Below, piece by piece: positions 43,397 through 54,432 of a DNA stretch of 64,000 bases. The first letter of the stretch is position 1; the number at the start of each line of letters is the position of its first letter. Source of the stretch: Ktedonobacteraceae bacterium (lineage in GTDB: Bacteria > Chloroflexota > Ktedonobacteria > Ktedonobacterales > Ktedonobacteraceae); contig DASVMX010000143.1 of the NCBI GenBank assembly GCA_036384215.1, forward strand, positions 21 through 64,020. Direction: 5' to 3'. Under the pieces are notes generated by a model. It was not told the DNA's origin, did no database searches, and saw only the letters and a program-made list of their open reading frames with translations. Both the position numbers and the translations under genes were made by a program.

Positions 43397-44572
43397 CTAT
43401 TTTTTAGTCTTGTCAAATTTTGGTAGCGGTAAAGCCAGCAGCAGAGCGGCAACGATCCCCAGAGCGCCGCAGAGGAGCCAGAGGCCGGTCGCGCTCCAGG
43501 CGAAGATCAGGGTACCGAGCAGCGGGGCGAAGGTGAGGCCGCTGCCCCAGGTCAGCCCCCAGATGCCCTGGTAGCGACCGCGCTGGGGCAGGGGCGCCAG
43601 GTTGGCAACGTAGGCCGCCGAGACGGGCGAGTGGATCATCTCGCCCAGCGTCCAGACGCCGACGGTCACGGCAAGCAGGGGAAGCGTGGAGGCGAAGGCG
43701 AGCAAGCCAAAGCCCAGACCGATGAGCGACAGCCCGCTGGCGATAACGGTACGCATGGGCAGGCGCTGTGTCACCAGGCTGATAGGTAGTTCGAGAAAGA
43801 TGATGAGCAGGCCGTTCAAGGAGATGAGCGTCCCATACAGCGCATCCGACAGGCCCAGCGCGTGGACCTGGAGCGCGAAGGTGGACTGATTCTGGAAGTA
43901 GACAAAGGAGATCAGCAACGAGGCCAGCAAAAAGAGCAGGAAACGATAGTCGCCGCGCAGGTTCTGCCAGAGTCCATTCCGCTCACGCTGGAGCTGTGCG
44001 TGGCCAATGGAATCTACAGGCAACGCGCACAGGACCAGGAGGCCGAAGGCAAATGAGGTCAGCGCATCGCCGACGAAGATGAGCAAGAACGAGCGGTTGG
44101 CGAGAAAGCCGGCAACCGCCGGTCCCGCCGCGAAGCCCAGGTTGATGCAGAAGCGATAGAGAGCATAGGCTCGAATGCGCCGCGCTGGTGGCACGAGGTC
44201 GGCGATCAGCGCGCTGGCAGCCGGTCGATAGAGTTCACCCGTCACCCCGGCGAGACCGACCAGCGGGATCAGCAAGCGCAGATCCGCCACCTGGGAGAGC
44301 AGAAGCATCGTCGCGGCTGATGAGAACATCGAGAAAAGCAGCGTATTGCGTCGCCCCAAATGATCGGTGCAATACCCCCCCAGCACCGACGCGCCCAGGC
44401 TACCGATACCATAGACACTAACAGCCACCCCCGCCTGGGTCGGCGTATATCCTCGGGAAATCATATACAGAATGAGAAAAACGCTCACAAAGCTCCCAAA
44501 GCGATTGACGAACACACCGGCAAAGAGTATCCAGAGGGCGCGCGGAAATGGTGTACTCTCCATCTTTTCCAT
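43397..44572 (-). CDS. MFS transporter
   Basis: 12 predicted helices are visible. The MFS loop motif is GGYCTDHLGRRNTLL. Confidence 0.85.
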   Translation of the reverse strand: MEKMESTPFPRALWILFAGVFVNRFGSFVSVFLILYMISRGYTPTQAGVAVSVYGIGSLGASVLGGYCTDHLGRRNTLLFSMFSSAATMLLLSQVADLRLLIPLVGLAGVTGELYRPAASALIADLVPPARRIRAYALYRFCINLGFAAGPAVAGFLANRSFLLIFVGDALTSFAFGLLVLCALPVDSIGHAQLQRERNGLWQNLRGDYRFLLFLLASLLISFVYFQNQSTFALQVHALGLSDALYGTLISLNGLLIIFLELPISLVTQRLPMRTVIASGLSLIGLGFGLLAFASTLPLLAVTVGVWTLGEMIHSPVSAAYVANLAPLPQRGRYQGIWGLTWGSGLTFAPLLGTLIFAWSATGLWLLCGALGIVAALLLALPLPKFDKTKK

Positions 44573-44629
44573 AAGGCCGGTACTCCCTTCTCGCAGAAAT
44601 AAAAACGGATTCGCATATCACAGGCCTTT

Positions 44630-45313
44630 TTATTTGACGGACGAAACGCTCTGTTCGGGCGGTTCGGCCACAGGATACCATCTTCCACCGATATTGTGCT
44701 CTCTGGCCCAGACGATGGCTTCGGCCCGCGAGTGTACATCCAGCTCCAGGTAGAGACTGCTGACATAATTGCGCACGGTCTGCTCGGCCAGATTGAGTTC
44801 AGCGGCGATGCGGGCGTTTTCCCAGCCACGCGCTATCATCTCCAGCAATTGTTGTTTGCTTTTACTGAGCAGGGGTTCCGCTGCCTGGACCTGCTCACGG
44901 CACACCAGCTTCTCCATCACGGGTCGGCTGAACCAGGTGCCCCCGTGCATGACCGTGCGAATAGCATAAATCACGGCCTCCGTGGTCTCGCTGTGGAGCA
45001 CATAGCCCGCCACGCCACGGCCCACCAGTTCGTACAGGGAAGCGACATCGACCGTAAACGCCAGGATCAGCAGCCGGACCTCGGGACAATGGTCGCGCAG
45101 GGCACCAGCCACTTCACACGCGTCCATATCAGGGAGCCTGATGTCCAGCAGGAGGATATCCGGCCTGAGCTCCTCGCAGAGCTGCCAGGCTTCATGGCCA
45201 CTGGTCGCCTCGCCCACCAGGCTCAGGTCGTGACTATCATCCAGCGTCGCACGCAGGCCAGCGCGTACCAGCGGATGACTATCCGCCACCAGCACTCGAA
45301 GCTTCTCCTTCAT
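44630..45313 (-). CDS. Orphan response regulator, NarL/LuxR family
   Basis: The REC domain shows LRVLVADSHPLVRAGL and DILLLDIRLPDMD. The LuxR HTH shows QLLEMIARGWENARIAAELNLAEQTVRNYVSSLY. No cognate kinase gene is adjacent. Confidence 0.9.
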   Translation of the reverse strand: MKEKLRVLVADSHPLVRAGLRATLDDSHDLSLVGEATSGHEAWQLCEELRPDILLLDIRLPDMDACEVAGALRDHCPEVRLLILAFTVDVASLYELVGRGVAGYVLHSETTEAVIYAIRTVMHGGTWFSRPVMEKLVCREQVQAAEPLLSKSKQQLLEMIARGWENARIAAELNLAEQTVRNYVSSLYLELDVHSRAEAIVWAREHNIGGRWYPVAEPPEQSVSSVK

Positions 45314-45565
45314 AACTTTCCTTCTTCTCGCTCACTCTGGCCTACTGCCATGCTGTCCGCCATGTTTGTGAACAGCATGGCTCTCACCCGGCAGAAAGCG
45401 GTTTCCCCACGCAGCCCACCCGGACCTAAGCGCCGAGAGGACCGTCAGGTCTCTCAATGCATTTCCCCTGGTCTTCGCAGCATCCCGGTGGTACTCTCTC
45501 CTGGCGCGCACGCGCAAAGCTGCCCCGCTGCAACAGAACTGCAACGTCTTGAGGCCAACTGAAGA

Positions 45566-46567
45566 TCAGATATATTCGCGCAACCCTGCCTGATGGCCGG
45601 ACCGACGCAGTCTCAGGAGCGCCTGGTATTCGATCTGCCGCACGCGCTCCCGCGAGATTCCCAGTTCTTTGCCTACTTCCTCCAGCGAGCAGCCCGAACC
45701 GTCGGCCAGACCATAGCGCAGCGCGATCACAAGGCGCTGGCGTGGTGTCAGGATCGCCAGGGCGGTATGCAGTTCTTCACGCAGGAACTTGTGGGCAACG
45801 ATCTCGTCGGACGAAGGGGCAGCGCTGTCCTCCAGGCTGTCTTCCAGGGAATAGTGGGCCTGGTCGTCATGGCTCGCTTCGAGGGAAACTGGCTGTTCGT
45901 TGAGATCGAGGAGGTTGATCAGCACAGCCTCCTCGATGCCACAGGCGGCCGCAATCTGCTCTGACTGAGGATCATGGCCGTGCTCCTGCGAGAGCCGCGC
46001 GCTGACTCGCCGGGCCTGGCAGAGCCACTTGATCACCTGCTCGGGCAGATGGATAAAGCGCGATTGATCGGTTACTGCCCGCTGAATGGCCTGGCGAATC
46101 CACCAGACCGCGTAGGTGCTGAAACGATAGCCGCGGCGATAGTCAAATTTCTCAGCGGCGCGGATCAGGCCCAGATTGCCTTCCTGGACGAGGTCGAGGA
46201 GAGGCACGCCCAGGCCGCTGGAGCGCCGGGCAATGGCAATTACCAGGCGCAGGTTGGACTCGACCAGCTTCTGCCTCGCCAGCGTATCGCCAGCGGCGGC
46301 CCGCTGCGCCAGCTCGATCTCTTCGGCCTGGGTCAGCAGATGAAATTGACGAATATCCGCAAGATAACACTGTAAAGCATCTTCAGCACCCGTGGTTCTG
46401 GGAAAATAGGTGCTCTGAGCCTGGTGGGACAGAGTGGAAAAATCCTCCCATCTCCCCGAATCCTTCTCTCCTTCCGCTCTCCCCGCTTCGCTCATGATGA
46501 TCGCATCTAGTGAAACGTCATCGCTGGCTCCCACCTCAGCGACGCGTTCCAGGGTGGATTTGAGCAA
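45566..46567 (-). CDS. RNA polymerase sigma-70 family factor (RpoD-like group)
   Basis: Region 2 reads [15 protein letters not shown] and [37 protein letters not shown]. Region 4 reads [27 protein letters not shown]. The TTG start is preceded by GGAGGA. Confidence 0.9.
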   Translation of the reverse strand: MLKSTLERVAEVGASDDVSLDAIIMSEAGRAEGEKDSGRWEDFSTLSHQAQSTYFPRTTGAEDALQCYLADIRQFHLLTQAEEIELAQRAAAGDTLARQKLVESNLRLVIAIARRSSGLGVPLLDLVQEGNLGLIRAAEKFDYRRGYRFSTYAVWWIRQAIQRAVTDQSRFIHLPEQVIKWLCQARRVSARLSQEHGHDPQSEQIAAACGIEEAVLINLLDLNEQPVSLEASHDDQAHYSLEDSLEDSAAPSSDEIVAHKFLREELHTALAILTPRQRLVIALRYGLADGSGCSLEEVGKELGISRERVRQIEYQALLRLRRSGHQAGLREYI

Positions 46568-46714
46568 GAGAATCCTCCATGCTTTTCCTCACTTCTGATC
46601 CGTTCCAGAAGAATAATCCGTTAACTTTTGCTACAAGCATACATTAACGCTGTTTAGTGTGGATTGTCTGACTGTTCAACGGTGCGGTAAACAGCTAGTA
46701 AACAGATCATCAGC

Positions 46715-46761
46715 AATTCCTCGGTTTTCGGGCAGGGGTGCTGCGCGAAAACCGAGGAATT
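46715..46761. other. 16-bp inverted repeat between greA and the sigma-factor gene
   Basis: AATTCCTCGGTTTTCG, a 15-nt loop, then CGAAAACCGAGGAATT. No U-tract follows on the minus-strand transcript. Function is unknown; it could be an attenuator or an operator. Confidence 0.3.
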
Positions 46762-46853
46762 AAGAAGCACGCAGGCGCCGCGGTGCTGATCTGCGTCAGT
46801 ACGATGAATGTCTTCGCAGGCAGCCTCACCACGGCGAGAGCAAGAGGAATAGT

Positions 46854-47318
46854 TCAGGCGATATGAAGAATCGTATAGACTTTTACCCCGCCTGGAGTAG
46901 AGACTGTCACCACATCGCCCACTTTACGGCCCAGCAAGGCTCTCCCCACAGGTGATTCATTAGAAATTAAGCCCTCGGCTGGCTTTGCCTCGTAGGCTCC
47001 AACCAGGGTATACTGGTGCTCACCGCTCCCCGCCGCGCTTACCTGAACTACGGACCCGAGAGAGATCTCCTGTGTAGAGCCGCCGCTAATTGGTTGTGCG
47101 GTGGCCAGCATTTGCTCCAGTTCCAGAATACGGCTTTCTAACCTGGCCTGGGCGTTTTTGGCATCATCATAGGCGGCGTTGTCGATCACGTCTCCTGCTT
47201 CCTTGGCCTCCTGGAGATATTGCTCAACCTCGGCACGTTTGACCGTTCTTAAAAACTCCAGTTGCTTGAGCGCGCGCTGCCGCCCATCCTCAGTAAGAAA
47301 AACATTCGGCGTTATCAT
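46854..47318 (-). CDS. greA: Transcription elongation factor GreA
   Basis: The sequence reads FLTEDGRQRALKQLEFL..AAYDDAKNAQARLESRILELEQML..ISNESPVGRALLGRKVGDVVTV. I moved the start to ATG 47318 (SD GGGAGAAGAGAG). The track start at 47435 would add 39 atypical residues. Confidence 0.9.
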   Translation of the reverse strand: MITPNVFLTEDGRQRALKQLEFLRTVKRAEVEQYLQEAKEAGDVIDNAAYDDAKNAQARLESRILELEQMLATAQPISGGSTQEISLGSVVQVSAAGSGEHQYTLVGAYEAKPAEGLISNESPVGRALLGRKVGDVVTVSTPGGVKVYTILHIA

Positions 47319-47703
47319 CTCTCTTCTCCCTTTACATTTGTATTCTTTCCCGGCAAAGGCCTCTTTCAACAACGAAAGCGCCTGCTCATCCGGGAAAAGG
47401 CTCGACCTTTTTATCAAAACGATGGAATAGAGCATTTCTTTTTCTATAGCCTGCCCGCGTCAATTTGAAGTGAGCGATAGCCATGCACGTGGTCACTGCC
47501 ACATTCTCTCATTCCACCTGACCAGGTTATTTTCATGAAGTATAGCACATATGTTCTATTATTACAACAAACAAACACTTTCCGCTCGGAGCCGGTCTCC
47601 GTTGGGATCGCTGTGCAAAAAAGGTATCGCAGCGTGTTAAATAAGGATCATGAGTCCTTCTCCTCCATTCACTCTAAAATGACGATGAAAGCCTCCTGCT
47701 GAT

Positions 47704-47773
47704 AAAAAAACCGCGGTAATTGTGCAGGACGCCTCGGCACCCGCGAGTGCCGAGGCGTCCTGCACAATTACCG
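47704..47773 (-). terminator. Rho-independent terminator of the lipoprotein gene
   Basis: A perfect 27-bp stem (CGGTAATTGTGCAGGACGCCTCGGCAC / GTGCCGAGGCGTCCTGCACAATTACCG) is followed on the minus strand by a U7 tract (A-run 47704-47710). Confidence 0.85.
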
Positions 47774-47810
47774 TTAGCAAAGCCGAGAAAGGTAAAACGA
47801 GCGATTGTTT

Positions 47811-48494
47811 TCAACCGAGGAAGGTAAATGTCCGCAGCATTGGCGCAAAATAGGTTGAACTGGCCTGGCTGAACGATTGCTTTACCCCCATGTAGATCAG
47901 GACAACTCCTCTGGTGCCTGCCGTATGAGGAGGATGGTTGGTGGCCAGGATAATCACTTCTCTCTCAACCTGGACCCCGTTGGAAAGGGTTGTACCACTC
48001 ACAGCCCGCTGGCTCCAGGTAGCTCCGGCCAGGGTAACTGTAGGTGAGACAGTCACACTTTGGGGACTGGTAAGAACCGCTTTGACGCTGGCTACATTCG
48101 CCTCGGCAAGCTGGTTGGCGCTCAGCTTGCCATTCGCATTGGGCTGGAGATTGACCGTCAGGTTATACGTCCCCGAAGCATCGGAGATACTTACAACCGT
48201 CCCGGCTGAACGTGTCACCCAGCCCTGAGGATATTGTAGGGAAAAAACGCTGCCGCTATACAACTGGAAAGTCACTGTCGCTACAGGTGGAGGTGTGGAA
48301 AGCACAGCCTGAGGGGATGAAGGAATAACCGTTGGAGCCGAGGCGCTTGCTTGATCGTCACAAGCCGCCAGGCTGAAAACCACCAGCGCGAGGAAACAGA
48401 ACATGAGCACACCTCTCCAACCCTCGCGGACCCTAAACTGGCTCGTCTTTGACGCACCATATTCATGATCGGTGAAACGATGCAATCCGTGCAT
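47811..48494 (-). CDS. Hypothetical secreted lipoprotein
   Basis: The signal/lipobox is VLMFCFLALVVFSLAAC-DDQ. The mature part is Ser/Thr/Val-rich. The start is uncertain (48494 or 48530). Confidence 0.6.
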   Translation of the reverse strand: MHGLHRFTDHEYGASKTSQFRVREGWRGVLMFCFLALVVFSLAACDDQASASAPTVIPSSPQAVLSTPPPVATVTFQLYSGSVFSLQYPQGWVTRSAGTVVSISDASGTYNLTVNLQPNANGKLSANQLAEANVASVKAVLTSPQSVTVSPTVTLAGATWSQRAVSGTTLSNGVQVEREVIILATNHPPHTAGTRGVVLIYMGVKQSFSQASSTYFAPMLRTFTFLG

Positions 48495-48587
48495 ACATTC
48501 GCTCCTTATGCGTAAGTGAAACAATAACACTTTGCAGCGAGTATATGCCAGTGCGATCTATATGTCAAGATGTCTATACCACCTGAC

Positions 48588-48619
48588 TTATCAGCCGTTG
48601 GAATTATCAGCCGTTGGAA
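48588..48619. repeat. Perfect 16-nt tandem duplication
   Basis: TTATCAGCCGTTGGAA occurs twice (48588-48603 and 48604-48619). It is intergenic, between the transglutaminase-gene terminator and the lipoprotein gene. Confidence 0.9.
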
Positions 48620-48625
48620 ATTACG

Positions 48626-48675
48626 AAAAACCGTGGATATAGCGACGCAGGCAAGCGGCGTCGCTATATCCACGG
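48626..48675 (-). terminator. Rho-independent terminator of the MoxR-DUF58-transglutaminase operon
   Basis: An 18-bp stem (CCGTGGATATAGCGACGC / GCGTCGCTATATCCACGG) with a 9-nt loop is followed on the minus strand by UUUUU. Confidence 0.7.
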
Positions 48676-48700
48676 AGGCAGGCAAATCATCAAACGTGTA

Positions 48701-51187
48701 TTAATCAATACGCTCTTCGATCACCACGGTAGAAGCGCTTGGCCGCGCGCGTCGGGCGAAGGGTCGGCGCAGCCAGGTACCCAGTTGGGATGGCCAGGTG
48801 CGCAAGAAGTGTGGGTGACGCAGCACATAGACCATCATGTGCGGCTGTAGCGTTTTCCAGAGACCTGGCACTTCTCCTGTCTCGCCTGTTCTGGTGGGAT
48901 GATCCGGGCTATCCCGGTCGGCCCAACGTTCACGCGCGTAAATGTCGCCGAGGCGTTCAAAGGTCACTGCGTCCTCAGGATCTGCCGCGGCGAGCGAGAG
49001 CATATACTCGCGCGGCGTCTGCCAGCGCCGGTTTGCGATTCCAGCCCAGCTGGCCAGCACTCCCAGACGACCATAAGCCTCCGCTGGTGGGCTGAGCCCG
49101 CGGAAGAGGCGGCGCCACCAGAACTGGAAGTAGAGCAGGCCACCCACAATAAAGATGGCCAGAACCAGCAGCACAATACCTACATCCTGGCGGATCTGGG
49201 CCGTGATTGAAGATCCGTCGCCATTCGGGTTTCCAGCGCCCTGGCTCAAGCCTTGCGGCTCATCCGGCCTGTTGTGGGGCTTGAGACCTGTTACCGGAGA
49301 ACCTGACGGATTCACCGAAACGCCTGGTGTGCCCGAGGGTTTGGTCGGGCGAGTAAACTGCGAGAAAGTCGCGGAGGGCTCGAAGTTAATCCAGCCGTAC
49401 CCGGCAAAGTAGATCTGCGTCCAGGCGTGAGCATCGGTACCACTGATGTCTTGCTCGTTGCGAGCAGCATTGTATTTCCCGTTAGTATAGCCGGCAGCTA
49501 CCCGAGCAGGAATCCCCAGTTCGCGTGCCATCAGAGTCATGGCGGTCGCGAAGTAGTTACAAAAACCACGTTTCGATTTGAACAGGAACCAGGAAGCGGC
49601 TTCTTCTCCAGGAGGAGGTGGGGCAATGGTCGCGTCGTAGGTATAATGGTCGCGCAGGTAGTTTTCTATAGCGGTCACTTTATCATACATCGTCGATGCA
49701 TTGGCCGTGATCTGGAGAGCCAGCCTGCGAATCTCCGAGTCCAGGCCCGTCGGCAATTTGGTATAGACCGTGAGAATATTAGGATCAAAGTATGTCACAG
49801 GCTCCGGCCCATCATATGCGGATGGCGCCTGCGTAGCCAGGTCCGCCATGGATATGCTCTCCAAAGACTGAATGTCAGCGCTTGAAACATAGGAGACCAC
49901 CGTATAGGCATCCCCTGCGCTCAGTTTCCCGTTATTCCGCAGCCAGGCAATCACTTCGCCATCCGATTTGTTTCTGACAAGCTGGGTATCTTGATCGGCG
50001 GCCACAATCTGCGACGCGCCAAAAAGATACGCATATTGCTCGCCGGGTGGATTCACCACAGTCACCGTCTGATCCACTTCTCGGAGAAGCTGAGATCCAT
50101 CAGAGGAGACAATCTTTGCCTTTTGCGGCGAGGCATCCTGTGAGCCATTGGACCAGTTTCGCACACCGTCGTATTGATCGTAACTTGAATAGATCAAGTA
50201 CTGCGTACCATCGCTGGTCTTGAGATGGAAAACAGGGGTATTGGTCAGGTTCGGGTTGCCACCCAGAGTCAGTGTGTTGGTAAAGTTCCCATGATTGGGA
50301 GCAATGTTTCCCCCGTTGAACGACAGCCAATGATTCCAGGCATTCTGTGCCTGAACCCAGGGATTAGAATCGGCACTCCAGATCTGCGAGGCCTGCTGAC
50401 TGGTATACCCCCAGGGCAACAACCAGGCCAGAACCAGGATGGCCAGCGAGATTAACGAACCGGCCTGCATGAATTCCCAGCCCAGATCATCCGAACAGCG
50501 CAACCCCTGGCGCTTCCAGCGAGCCGAAGATTCGTAGAGATTAAAACGCAGCAACAAGAGTAGCGCGGCTACCAGAAACATTATCAGGAAGACAACATAG
50601 CCAGCGGGTATTGCGCTCAGGTTAATCAAAAGCACAACAGCGTTGGCGAGCAGCATCAACCAGGGACTCCGTGTCCGGTAGACCAGCCAGGCGCTGGTAT
50701 ATGCCAGCAAAAAGCCCAGCAACAGAATAAAAAAGAGGAAGATCGATTCGTTATTACTGGTGCCCCCGTTCAAAATGAGGACAAACCAGGCGCGCATCTG
50801 ATCCCAGAAAACAAGCAACTGGCCACCCCAGTCAGCACTGCTGGTCTGCCAGAAGGCGAACAACAGACTGATCACCACCGCTAAAAGATGAATCAGTACC
50901 CTTGGCACGCGCTGTTGTTTGGACGCGATCACGCCCAAAACCAGACCAAGCCCGGTCAGCGGGGTCAGCAGGTTGATATGCTCAACCCAGCCCATAATCT
51001 GAATGCACCAGATGGTACTGTACACCACCAGGGCCAGCAGAAAAAAGGTGAACCAGCCCTCCGCCAGACGGAGATGGGCAAAGATACTCCTGACCTGGCG
51101 CTGCGCCCTCTGGTTCCTGCCTGGATCTTCCCCCTGGCGTTGATCCGCTATCAATTTCGCAAGGCGATCAACGGTTGCGTCTTGCAT
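48701..51187 (-). CDS. Transglutaminase-like membrane protein (TgpA/DUF3488-type)
   Basis: Multiple N-terminal transmembrane helices are present. The Cys-His-Asp core is GFCNYFATAMTLMARELGIPARV..DAHAWTQIYFAGYGWINFEPS. One more transmembrane helix lies C-terminal to the core. Confidence 0.85.
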   Translation of the reverse strand: MQDATVDRLAKLIADQRQGEDPGRNQRAQRQVRSIFAHLRLAEGWFTFFLLALVVYSTIWCIQIMGWVEHINLLTPLTGLGLVLGVIASKQQRVPRVLIHLLAVVISLLFAFWQTSSADWGGQLLVFWDQMRAWFVLILNGGTSNNESIFLFFILLLGFLLAYTSAWLVYRTRSPWLMLLANAVVLLINLSAIPAGYVVFLIMFLVAALLLLLRFNLYESSARWKRQGLRCSDDLGWEFMQAGSLISLAILVLAWLLPWGYTSQQASQIWSADSNPWVQAQNAWNHWLSFNGGNIAPNHGNFTNTLTLGGNPNLTNTPVFHLKTSDGTQYLIYSSYDQYDGVRNWSNGSQDASPQKAKIVSSDGSQLLREVDQTVTVVNPPGEQYAYLFGASQIVAADQDTQLVRNKSDGEVIAWLRNNGKLSAGDAYTVVSYVSSADIQSLESISMADLATQAPSAYDGPEPVTYFDPNILTVYTKLPTGLDSEIRRLALQITANASTMYDKVTAIENYLRDHYTYDATIAPPPPGEEAASWFLFKSKRGFCNYFATAMTLMARELGIPARVAAGYTNGKYNAARNEQDISGTDAHAWTQIYFAGYGWINFEPSATFSQFTRPTKPSGTPGVSVNPSGSPVTGLKPHNRPDEPQGLSQGAGNPNGDGSSITAQIRQDVGIVLLVLAIFIVGGLLYFQFWWRRLFRGLSPPAEAYGRLGVLASWAGIANRRWQTPREYMLSLAAADPEDAVTFERLGDIYARERWADRDSPDHPTRTGETGEVPGLWKTLQPHMMVYVLRHPHFLRTWPSQLGTWLRRPFARRARPSASTVVIEERID

Positions 51188-51190
51188 GGC

Positions 51191-52402
51191 CTACCTCCAT
51201 TGTGCGTAGCGCGCCTCAGGCTCACGTTCGAGCGCTTCGCCCAAATCGTCCTGACTCTTCACGCGCAGCACTGGCACCCCTGCTCCTTCTAAGAGAGCCA
51301 GGGTATCTTCGTCCGCGGGTCGCTGGTCAAACGAAGTCGCGTTTAAACCAACCACGGCGACCTGGACACCCCGGCGTTGCAAATGGCGCACCCCGTCGTG
51401 CCAGTCCCGCGAACTTGAGGGAGTAATCAGAATTGCGACGGTATTTCGTCCGAAATGGAAAGCATCGAGCGCCAGCGCCTCTTTGAGGTCTGGTCCATTC
51501 CCCGCTTTGACCACCGCCAGCAGTTCCAGCACACGCTCAAGCTGGCGCTCGCCACGGTCGAGCGAGAGAAATTCACGCTGCTCACCAGTGACAATCATTC
51601 CTAGAGAGAGATCCTGGCGCAACAGATACGCGGCAACCGTCGCGGCAATCGTCACACCATACTCCTCGGTCGAGTGCTCGCCCTCGCCAGCCTGAACCGC
51701 GTGGTGCAGGTCCAGGAAAATCCAGGCGTCGAGCGCTGGATCAAGGTCAAATTCTTTGACCATCAGCTTATTAAAGTGTGCGCTGGAACGCCAGTGAATG
51801 CTTCTCAGCGAATCCCCATTGACGTAATCACGCACTGTCGTGGCGTTGGTCGTTGTCTGCAGGGCCCGGCGCGAACTGCGCCCTCTGCCCGGCAGGCCGC
51901 CGGTAAAGAGCGTAAAGGAGCTGATCGGCAACACGCGTGGTAAGACCAGCAGGTCGCGCGGGGCCGTCAACGTTACGCGACGGCGAAACATCCCAAAGGG
52001 ATCGCCGCTGGTCGCCGTGACCGGGCCGAGTTGAAAGCGACCTCGCTGCTTACAAAGCGTGCGGGCGCGCCAGGTCGCGCGTTTGCGCCCGCCCATGCTG
52101 GCCACATAACCGGCTCGATGGCCGGGCAAAGTCGAGCCATCGGCGATCTGTACCCAGAGCTTGGGCAGGACGCTGACATTATCCAGCATCAGGCGCTCGT
52201 CGAAAAGCTCGCCAACCTGGACACGCGCCGCAACCGAGGCCCGGCGAAAGATCATATTATGCAGGCTATAACGTGCCCAGAACCACGAAAGCGCGAACAA
52301 CAGGAACATCACATAGGTCAGTACATAGAGTACATGCCATCCGCTGCTAATCGCGAAGAAGGCCAGAATGACCACCAGAAAGAGTGCTTGCCAGGGACGC
52401 AT
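51191..52402 (-). CDS. DUF58 family protein (vWA-like, MoxR-associated)
   Basis: The DUF58 signature is VRDYVNGDSLRSIHWRSSAHFNKLMVKEFD. Two N-terminal transmembrane helices are present. It lies between the MoxR and transglutaminase genes. Confidence 0.8.
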   Translation of the reverse strand: MRPWQALFLVVILAFFAISSGWHVLYVLTYVMFLLFALSWFWARYSLHNMIFRRASVAARVQVGELFDERLMLDNVSVLPKLWVQIADGSTLPGHRAGYVASMGGRKRATWRARTLCKQRGRFQLGPVTATSGDPFGMFRRRVTLTAPRDLLVLPRVLPISSFTLFTGGLPGRGRSSRRALQTTTNATTVRDYVNGDSLRSIHWRSSAHFNKLMVKEFDLDPALDAWIFLDLHHAVQAGEGEHSTEEYGVTIAATVAAYLLRQDLSLGMIVTGEQREFLSLDRGERQLERVLELLAVVKAGNGPDLKEALALDAFHFGRNTVAILITPSSSRDWHDGVRHLQRRGVQVAVVGLNATSFDQRPADEDTLALLEGAGVPVLRVKSQDDLGEALEREPEARYAQWR

Positions 52403-52405
52403 AAC

Positions 52406-53377
52406 TTAGCGCCCCTTTCCACCCGCCACCCACGCGCCCGGCACCGGCACTGTCTGGAGAATCTCATCCAGAATAGCCGCTGAGGTAATACCTCGGACAC
52501 GCGCAGCAGGTGTAACAATGATTCGGTGCGCCAGCGTTGCTTTACTCAACAACTTCACATCATCGGGAATCACGTAGCCGCGCCCGCGCATGGCCGCCAG
52601 CGCCTGTGAAGCCCGAAATAACGCCAGAGAACCGCGCGGGCTGGCTCCCAGGTAGATATTGTTGTGTGAACGCGTCGCACTGGCCAGCGCGACAATATAT
52701 TCACGAATCGATGGGTCCACATGCACAGAGCGCACCTGCTGCTGAATCTGCACCAGTTCCTCGGCGCGCATAATCTGCTCCAGGTCGTCCAGAGGATGAT
52801 GAAATTGATGCGAATCCAGGATATTCACCTCGTCCTGCTGTCGTGGATAGCCCAGAGTAATATTCATCATAAAGCGGTCAAGCTGCGCTTCGGGCAAAGG
52901 GAAAGTACCTTCATATTCAATTGGGTTCTGCGTGGCCATGACCATAAAGGGATCTGGCAGTTTATAAGTCGAGCCATCAACGGTCAACTGCGCCTCTTCC
53001 ATCGCCTCAAGAAGTGCGGATTGCGTTTTAGGAGTTGCGCGGTTAATCTCGTCCGCCAGCACGATCTGAGCCATCACAGGGCCAGGTCTGAATTCAAAAT
53101 TTCCTGTCTTCTGGTTATAAATGGAGACGCCAGTGACATCACTCGGCAAAAGGTCGGGGGTAAACTGGATGCGCTTAAATGTGCAACCAATCGAGCGCGC
53201 AATGGCCTTGGTCAACACTGTCTTGCCCACGCCGGGCACATCCTCAATTAACACATGCCCGTGGCAGATCACAGCAATGAGACTAAAAGCCACCGATTCC
53301 GCTTTGCCAACAATAACTTTCTCAACGTTATTAATTACTCGTTGAACCGCAGTAGCTAAATCCTGTACAGACTGCAT
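52406..53377 (-). CDS. MoxR-family AAA+ ATPase
   Basis: Walker A is [16 protein letters not shown]. The sequence [17 protein letters not shown] and the Walker [23 protein letters not shown] are typical of MoxR. Confidence 0.9.
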   Translation of the reverse strand: MQSVQDLATAVQRVINNVEKVIVGKAESVAFSLIAVICHGHVLIEDVPGVGKTVLTKAIARSIGCTFKRIQFTPDLLPSDVTGVSIYNQKTGNFEFRPGPVMAQIVLADEINRATPKTQSALLEAMEEAQLTVDGSTYKLPDPFMVMATQNPIEYEGTFPLPEAQLDRFMMNITLGYPRQQDEVNILDSHQFHHPLDDLEQIMRAEELVQIQQQVRSVHVDPSIREYIVALASATRSHNNIYLGASPRGSLALFRASQALAAMRGRGYVIPDDVKLLSKATLAHRIIVTPAARVRGITSAAILDEILQTVPVPGAWVAGGKGR

Positions 53378-53649
53378 GCTTTTCTCCCCAGAAATCCTGA
53401 TCTGATATTACAACTCCTGAAACAGTGTGGAACAATTTGGCAACTTGCAATGGCTATCCTCTAGTTTATCACGCGACAGCAAGGTCACAAAGAGATTTTT
53501 TGCCAGAGTTCCAATTGTTTATCGTTGTGTATATTACTACGCCGTCAGGAGACGATTTGTCGCAGGGTTGTCGATAATCTAGCCCAGAAACCTGAATCTG
53601 GCCTGAGAGGCACTGGTGAGAATGGTCCAACTATGATATCATAGGCTCC

Positions 53650-53949
53650 ATGGAAAACCAGAATACAAGTAATCAGGCACAAGAACTTCACGCTGTTGTG
53701 CATGGCCGGGTTCAGGGAGTTGGTTTTCGCTATTTTGTGGTAGAGAAGGCGCTGGGCCTGGGCTTGCGCGGGTACGCGCGCAATGAAAGCGATGGCAGTG
53801 TGGAGGTGCTGGCTCAGGGGCCGCGCCCGGCCCTGGAAAACTTGCTGGCGCTCCTCTGGCGCGGACCTTCCGCCGCCACTGTCTCTCAGGTAGAGGTGGA
53901 CTGGGGCAAACCGTCAACCCACGTGAGCAGCTTCCACGTTCGCTGGTAA
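53650..53949 (+). CDS. acyP: Acylphosphatase
   Basis: The signature is VHGRVQGVGFRYF..GYARNESDGSVEV. The size is 99 aa. Confidence 0.85.
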   Translation: MENQNTSNQAQELHAVVHGRVQGVGFRYFVVEKALGLGLRGYARNESDGSVEVLAQGPRPALENLLALLWRGPSAATVSQVEVDWGKPSTHVSSFHVRW

Positions 53950-54139
53950 ACGTTGGTGTGCACCTGTTCTCATTAGTTATGAACGCCAGGTTTCTGCTGG
54001 ATATACCATACCAGGCAAGCAAACAAGCAACTCGCGAATATGGCGTGCGCGGTGACGCTCTTGACGCGCCGTCTCGGCTCGCACATATTCCGGCCCGCCG
54101 GACAGGCAGGATAGATCATTTGTCGCAAAGGGGTTTTTT

Positions 54140-54430
54140 ATGATTGATCGCAAAACCGTCATGCATATCGCAAAGCTCGCCCGTCTGGGTTTAAAAGAAG
54201 AAGAGATCGATGTGCTGGGGCAGCAGCTCTCGGTGATTCTGGAAAATATCGCGATCCTGCAAGAGGCCGACGTTTCTGGTGTTTCGCCCACCGCGCACGC
54301 ATCGCGCCTGCATAATGTCATGCGCGACGATATCCCGCAGCCCTCGTACGCGCCAGAGGTGCTGCTGGCGAATGCGCCCGCGCAAGAAGATAACTGCTTG
54401 AAAGTCCGCGCGGTGTTGGAGGAAGCATAA
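54140..54430 (+). CDS. gatC: Asp/Glu-tRNA amidotransferase subunit C
   Basis: The sequence reads VMHIAKLARLGLKEEEIDVLGQQLSVILENIAILQEADVSGVSPT. The gene lies immediately upstream of gatA. Confidence 0.9.
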   Translation: MIDRKTVMHIAKLARLGLKEEEIDVLGQQLSVILENIAILQEADVSGVSPTAHASRLHNVMRDDIPQPSYAPEVLLANAPAQEDNCLKVRAVLEEA

Positions 54431-54432
54431 AG